Source of the DNA: Candidatus Zixiibacteriota bacterium
GTDB lineage: Bacteria; Zixibacteria; MSB-5A5; WJJR01
DNA length: 11,554 bases
Assembly (NCBI GenBank): GCA_036170655.1
Contig: JAVHPP010000115.1
Span: forward strand, 1-11,554
Reading direction: 5' to 3'
Shown here piece after piece: positions 8,601 through 11,554 of this stretch (the first letter of the stretch is position 1; every line of letters starts with the position of its first letter). The notes under the pieces are model-generated. The model did no database searches and was not told the DNA's origin. It saw only the letters and a list, made by a program, of their open reading frames with translations. The position numbers were made by a program, and so were the translations under genes.

Positions 8601-8750
8601 GGGTTTGCCAGCAGCGAGCGCGTGGAAGAAGCGATGCGCTTGGGCGCCAGCGCATTCATCCCCAAGCCGGTCCAGTTGATGGCGATGGCGAACGCGCTGC
8701 GGGCGGCGCTTCAATCGTCGCGTGCCATGGCCGTGACGACGCCGGTCTGA
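5661..8750 (+). CDS. Membrane-anchored hybrid sensor histidine kinase/response regulator (3TM-PAS-GAF-PAS-PAS-HisKA-HATPase-REC)
   Basis: Three hydrophobic N-terminal segments and three PAS/PAC modules ending in DIT (SFTDIT, TVQDIT, FARDIT). GAF region GVMRFKAWRGLSDGYRRAVDGH. H-box AGQIAHDFNNLL, N-box NLMTNAFDAM, and G boxes DTGRGI, IFEPFFTTK and GSGLGLS. Receiver domain VLVVDDD...LLDMVM...SG...KP. Confidence 0.96.
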   Translation: MALKTVLLVSVILQFAAAVMALRLGRVSGHRWAWLLASLAIFLLAVRRCFVLYRFVIGDPAHPPDPYGEAASSLGSVLIFIAMFAVGRLFKDLQQAETGLKDSTERYRSVISVLDEGILVRDASGCLISCNAAAGHILGIPAEKMMDSASMAAACNLVHKDGSSFRPEEDPLVAASGISQSHASVTLSLKRDGKSPIWISLTSQPLCREGEDTPYATMLSFTDITQTRQASLQLQKRLDQIQSIYRLSDAVVRAETLAAVYDEALNGMMQALRTDRAAILLFDDDGVMRFKAWRGLSDGYRRAVDGHLPWKITDVNPQPVLVPDVDADPSLAALRPVISGEGIHALAFVPLICKGTLRGKVMLYYDQPHRFDDEEICLAQTIAGHIALAIERKRMDETIRKSEARLNEAQQLAHIGSWELDIGTDTLVWSDEMYRIFEIDPGHFGASYETFLAAVHPEDREMVDKAYSDSLAGGIPCHGVHRLLFPDGRVKYVHERGETLYHADGQPLRSFGTVQDITERKQAEELIVMLKHSLDVHRDGVYWMDTDNKFVYVNKAGGEVLGYTAEELIGESILDVNLGASREAMNRVWKILRADGFFFGEAVHRRRDGSEFPVEIMTTYVQHNGREYAAGFARDITDRKKAEEELVRAKRLEVAGQLAGQIAHDFNNLLGPLIAYPELIREHVNGDPRILDMLNDMETAACRIADINQQLLTLGRRGHYNIEVIDLNTLAGMTLRTLDIPSGVVVRRELAEDSLPVRGGPAQVARILANLMTNAFDAMPGGGTLTVRTRNVLLDHSLPRYRQIRAGDYVCVDITDTGRGIPADILDRIFEPFFTTKKADRKRGSGLGLSVVHSVMADHEGYVDVQSVPGQGTTFSVYFPACATDARVLSPSDEDVPRGHGERVLVVDDDPAQLRLAEQILCRLGYQVHTVTGGEEAVAYVAGHSQDIVLLDMVMDGIDGAETLRRIKLQYPGQVALIFSGFASSERVEEAMRLGASAFIPKPVQLMAMANALRAALQSSRAMAVTTPV

Positions 8751-8807
8751 TCCGCACTCCATAAGTGCTGGTCAATGCACGCACGCACCATCTTCCTCTC
8801 CCTTCTC

Positions 8808-8836
8808 TTGACCTGCAGATCATGCCCATGTATCTT
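8808..8836 (+). promoter_or_regulatory. Candidate sigma70 promoter for the peroxiredoxin gene
   Basis: TTGACC (8808-8813), 17 nt spacer, TATCTT (8831-8836). It lies about 65 nt upstream of the ATG at 8903, which has an AGGAGG SD (8889-8894). Confidence 0.6.
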
Positions 8837-8902
8837 GCCGTGCTGGTTTGCGGGCATGGCGCCCACGTTGAAGTGACAAACTGATTGCAGGAGGATGATG
8901 AC

Positions 8903-9421
8903 ATGAGTGTGCAAATCGGACAACCCGCCCCCGAACTGGAGGGGCAGGCCCTCGTCAATGGCGAGATCAAACCCTTCAAGCTCTCCGAGTATCGCGGGAA
9001 GAACTGGGTGGTGCTCTTTTTCTATCCGTTGGATTTCACCTTTGTCTGTCCCACGGAAATCCGGGGGTTCAACGCCCACTTTGCCGAGTTTGAAAAACTG
9101 GGGGTCAAAGTCGTGGGGGCCTCGGTCGACTCGGCCTACTCACACAAGGCGTGGGTGGAGAGTGATCTGGGGCCGCTGAAGTTCCCGCTGTTTGCGGACA
9201 TCACCAAGGATGGTTCACGCGCCTACAATGTCCTGAAAGAGGAAGCCGGCATCGCCTTGCGCGGCACCTTCATCATCGACGACAAGGGCGTTGTGCGTTC
9301 CTACGTCGTCAATGACCTCGGGACCGGCCGTTCGGTCGACGAGACATTGCGCACGATCCAAGCGCTCCAGACGGGCAAGAACACTCCCTGCGAGTGGCAT
9401 CCGGGGCAGAAGACTCTGTAG
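8903..9421 (+). CDS. ahpC: Peroxiredoxin, AhpC/Prx1 family (172 aa from ATG 8903)
   Basis: Peroxidatic motif FFYPLDFTFVCPTE, plus SVDS..SHKAW, GIALRGTFIID, GRSVDETLR and C-terminal PCEW.PG..TL. The AGGAGG SD 8 nt before ATG 8903 favours this start over 8885. Confidence 0.93.
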   Translation: MSVQIGQPAPELEGQALVNGEIKPFKLSEYRGKNWVVLFFYPLDFTFVCPTEIRGFNAHFAEFEKLGVKVVGASVDSAYSHKAWVESDLGPLKFPLFADITKDGSRAYNVLKEEAGIALRGTFIIDDKGVVRSYVVNDLGTGRSVDETLRTIQALQTGKNTPCEWHPGQKTL

Positions 9422-9458
9422 CCGGACACGAGCGCGTCGAAATGGGAACTCTCTTTTC

Positions 9459-9517
9459 GGGAGGGCGAAGCTCCTGCTGAGCCTCTTTGCGCATCGGGGG
9501 AAAAGGCTCGCCCTCCC
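9459..9517. repeat. REP-like inverted repeat, GGGAGGGCGA...TCGCCCTCCC type
   Basis: Perfect 10-bp arms at 9459-9468 and 9508-9517, plus inner GAGCCT/AGGCTC complementarity (9479-9484 / 9504-9509). Confidence 0.55.
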
Positions 9518-9526
9518 TCTGCGACA

Positions 9527-9573
9527 CGCAGGCTTGCCTGCGCTTTGAAAGCGGCGTATGCCGCCACACTCCA
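9527..9573. repeat. Pair of REP-like hairpins (possible REP doublet; the first may also act as a weak terminator for the peroxiredoxin)
   Basis: CGCAGGC-TT-GCCTGCG (9527-9542) followed by CTTT. After one nucleotide comes AAAGCGGCGTATGCCGCCACACTCCA (9548-9573), which contains the hairpin GCGGCG-TA-TGCCGC. Confidence 0.45.
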
Positions 9574-9622
9574 CATCATCCCGCACCCCACAGGCCCTTT
9601 CAGCACGTCATGGAAAGCGTGA

Positions 9623-9650
9623 GTAGGGGCGAAAGTTTTTTCGCCCCTGC
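9623..9650. repeat. GTAG-type REP-like palindrome
   Basis: GTAGGGGCGAAA-GTTT-TTTCGCCCCTGC: a 12-bp stem with one G-U pair, starting with the GTAG tetranucleotide typical of RAYT-associated REPs. Confidence 0.6.
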
Positions 9651-9833
9651 GATATTCCCCCCCGTCAAACCAGCGACAATATTGCAACGTCGTGCACACC
9701 GCAGCATCATGCCGCCGGAGTCCTTCCGGGGCCTGGCCGGATCCGGTCAACGTAAGACGTTGGCAGACAAAGGGTGAGAACCCCTTTTCCCGGCTCGCCG
9801 GACAACCGCGCGTACTTGCGGAAGGGAAAATGA

Positions 9834-9850
9834 TTGGCACGGCCCATGCG
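9834..9850 (+). promoter_or_regulatory. Candidate sigma54 (-24/-12) promoter
   Basis: TTGGCACGGCCCATGCG: GG at 9836-9837 and GC at 9848-9849 with the canonical spacing of the TGGCACG-N4-TTGC consensus (ATGC instead of TTGC). Confidence 0.45.
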
Positions 9851-9923
9851 TGGTAGGTTGTCGCCAAGGTTTTATCCGTCCATCGGTTTGGTCCGATGGC
9901 GTGAAGGATTACGGCAATGTGGC

Positions 9924-9951
9924 TTGACAATCTGATGGGAAACATTATCAT
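9924..9951 (+). promoter_or_regulatory. Candidate sigma70 promoter
   Basis: Perfect TTGACA (9924-9929), 16 nt spacer, TATCAT (9946-9951), within an AT-richer patch. It predicts a transcription start near 9958. Confidence 0.6.
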
Positions 9952-10251
9952 ACAACACGGCTGGCAGCCCCGCCCTGCCAGGCGAGATCAGTGGAGCGAG
10001 ACCAAGCTGGATCACATTGGCCGGTGGCTGTCCTGTTATCTTGATTACCCCGCATGGGGAGTGATGTCATTCCTCCCTGGGCCTGTCACACGCTGTGATT
10101 GGTTCACTGTCTTGTCGGACTGCTTCGGCCACTGTCTGTCGTCGTTCGGCTCAGATGTCATAACCAACGCGTTCACATTGTCTGGTTCGATGACCATTCA
10201 TCCATACTCGAAAACGTGTCAGTCTATTCACCTTCAAGGAGGATGTTGCGT

Positions 10252-11554
10252 ATGAAACGCACACTGTTTGTCGTCCTGACGGTCATGCTGTTGTCACCAA
10301 TGGCATTTGCCGTCAACTCAGTGGTCGTGGAGTCGAAGTCCGTGGCTCTAAACGCCACCGGGGTCACCATCGGCATCTTTCTCACTAACGACGTTGCGGT
10401 GAGATCGTACGTGATTCCGCTCGCGCTGCGATCGACAAACGGCGGGGCGTTTGTCACGTCGATGACGCGGTCATTCCCGGCGGGTACCCGTCTCGATGGG
10501 AAGCTGACAGGTGTCAGCCTCGCAAACCAGTACGAAAACGAAAATGGTTCGTGTAAGGCCGGCCTGCCGGGCGGTTTCGGCACGATTCTCGATCAGAATC
10601 AGGACACGCCCACGCCGGTGACTGCGTCGCCTGAGGGCTTGATGTTCGTACGCACGAACATTTTAGACGCCGACCTTCCTGCCGGGACCGATGGCGCGAA
10701 CCCTCAGATACTACTTACCGTCGATGTCAATGGCAGCAACGGTGTTTTCGAGATCGACACGACATGCACGAACCCTGCCAACCACATGACCTTCGTCAGG
10801 AGGGCCCCCACCACACCGATCAGTGCGCTCCCTGATTTCACCAAGGGCATCATCACGGTCGGCACGCCCAATGTTGCGCCGATTGCGCGCGACACGTCGC
10901 TCACCACGGATGAAGACGTGGCGAAAGCTGACACTTATCTGCCGGCGTCCGATCCGAACGGCGATGTGATCTCATACGCCATTCTCAACATGCCGCTCCA
11001 CGGTGTCATCAGCGGGTTTAATGCGGCGACAGGCGCGTTTATCTACACGCCGAACGCGAATTACCACGGGGTCGATCTGATGAAGTTCACCGCGTGCGAC
11101 CCGGCCGCCATGTGCGACACGGGCACGGTGAATTTCACGATCAACTCGGTCAACGATGCCCCGATTGCCAATGATGATGTTTACAACACCAATGAGGACG
11201 TGCCGCTGACCGCTGTCGGAATCGGCGTTTTGGGCAATGACATCGATCCCGAAGGCGATCCGCTGACCGTGAGTTTGTTCTCCGGCGTGGCGCACGGACT
11301 GCTGACCTTGAACCCCGGTGGCTCGTTCACCTATACGCCAAACGCAAATTACAACGGCATTGACACCTTTACCTACAAGGCCAGCGACGGCTTGCTGCAA
11401 AGCAACGTGGCCTTGGTCACGATTGAGATTGTGTCGAAAAACGACGCACCGGTGGCGGTCAACGACGCCTACAACACGGATCAGGATGTTCCTCTTAATG
11501 TGGTGGCGCCTGGTGTGCTGGGGAATGACACCGATGTCGAGGGCGACCCGCTGA
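10252..11554 (+). CDS. Large secreted protein with an N-terminal beta-rich (cohesin-like) domain and tandem Ig-like/cadherin-like (Big_9 / tandem-95 type) repeats; 3' partial
   Basis: Absent from the ORF track because it has no in-window stop. My manual translation from ATG 10252 (SD AGGAGG at 10237-10242) stays open for 434 codons. It gives a signal peptide MKRTLFVVLTVMLLSPMAFA|V, an ~185 aa domain (NSVVVESK...FEIDTTCTNPANH...FTKGIITV), and then repeats of the form N(V/D)APxA..D...T.ED...D.(E/N)GD...HG...G.F.YTPNANY.G.D. Confidence 0.93.
   Translation, partial: MKRTLFVVLTVMLLSPMAFAVNSVVVESKSVALNATGVTIGIFLTNDVAVRSYVIPLALRSTNGGAFVTSMTRSFPAGTRLDGKLTGVSLANQYENENGSCKAGLPGGFGTILDQNQDTPTPVTASPEGLMFVRTNILDADLPAGTDGANPQILLTVDVNGSNGVFEIDTTCTNPANHMTFVRRAPTTPISALPDFTKGIITVGTPNVAPIARDTSLTTDEDVAKADTYLPASDPNGDVISYAILNMPLHGVISGFNAATGAFIYTPNANYHGVDLMKFTACDPAAMCDTGTVNFTINSVNDAPIANDDVYNTNEDVPLTAVGIGVLGNDIDPEGDPLTVSLFSGVAHGLLTLNPGGSFTYTPNANYNGIDTFTYKASDGLLQSNVALVTIEIVSKNDAPVAVNDAYNTDQDVPLNVVAPGVLGNDTDVEGDPL
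10870..11554 (+). repeat. Intragenic tandem ~95-aa Ig-like repeats (two complete, one partial)
   Basis: Units start at 10870 (NVAPIA), 11152 (NDAPIA) and 11440 (NDAPVA), with lengths of 94 aa, 96 aa and a partial unit. YTPNANY occurs in units 1 and 2, and GVLGND.D.EGDPL occurs in units 2 and 3. Confidence 0.88.

Noticed and set aside
10094..10108. TGTGA-TTGGT-TCACT as a CRP/FNR-type site
   Set aside because: The spacer is 5 nt rather than the required 6, and one half-site is imperfect.
9421..10251. CRISPR array or tRNA-integrated mobile element
   Set aside because: There are no regularly spaced identical repeats, no cas, integrase or transposase genes, and no duplicated tRNA 3' end of meaningful length in the window.
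9301..10255. ORFs in the large intergenic region (9301-9951 minus, 9487-9777 plus, 9917-10255 plus)
   Set aside because: They have no convincing SD or protein motifs, and they cross palindromes and promoter motifs. None resembles a RAYT or other transposase (no HUH motif context recognised).
11318..11554. 78-aa plus-strand ORF at the window end (and the antisense ORFs within 10224-11400)
   Set aside because: These are out-of-frame or antisense shadows of the real open frame beginning at 10252.

Overview
GC-rich bacterial chromosomal window. The protein styles suggest an FCB-group organism such as candidate division Zixibacteria; this is inference, not a database result. The left half is a minus-strand housekeeping run: recX, alaS, a group II geranylgeranylglyceryl-phosphate synthase (GGGPS/PcrB family), gmhA, a DUF3098-like small membrane protein, tRNA-Val(TAC) and tRNA-Asp(GTC, cut by the window edge). 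alaS, GGGPS and gmhA are joined by two ATGA stop/start overlaps. The right half is on the plus strand: an orphan hybrid histidine kinase (3TM-PAS-GAF-PAS-PAS-HisKA-HATPase-REC) and an AhpC/Prx1 peroxiredoxin. An ~830 bp intergenic region follows, holding several REP-like palindromes, candidate sigma54 and sigma70 promoters and a long structured leader. Last comes a large secreted Ig-like/cadherin-like repeat protein from 10252 that runs off the window and is missing from the supplied ORF track. The most notable signals are an archaeal-type ether-lipid enzyme coupled to a heptose-pathway isomerase and alaS, and the complex regulatory region ahead of the secreted repeat protein. No integrase, transposase or CRISPR array was seen, and no novel system is demonstrated; the findings are hypotheses.
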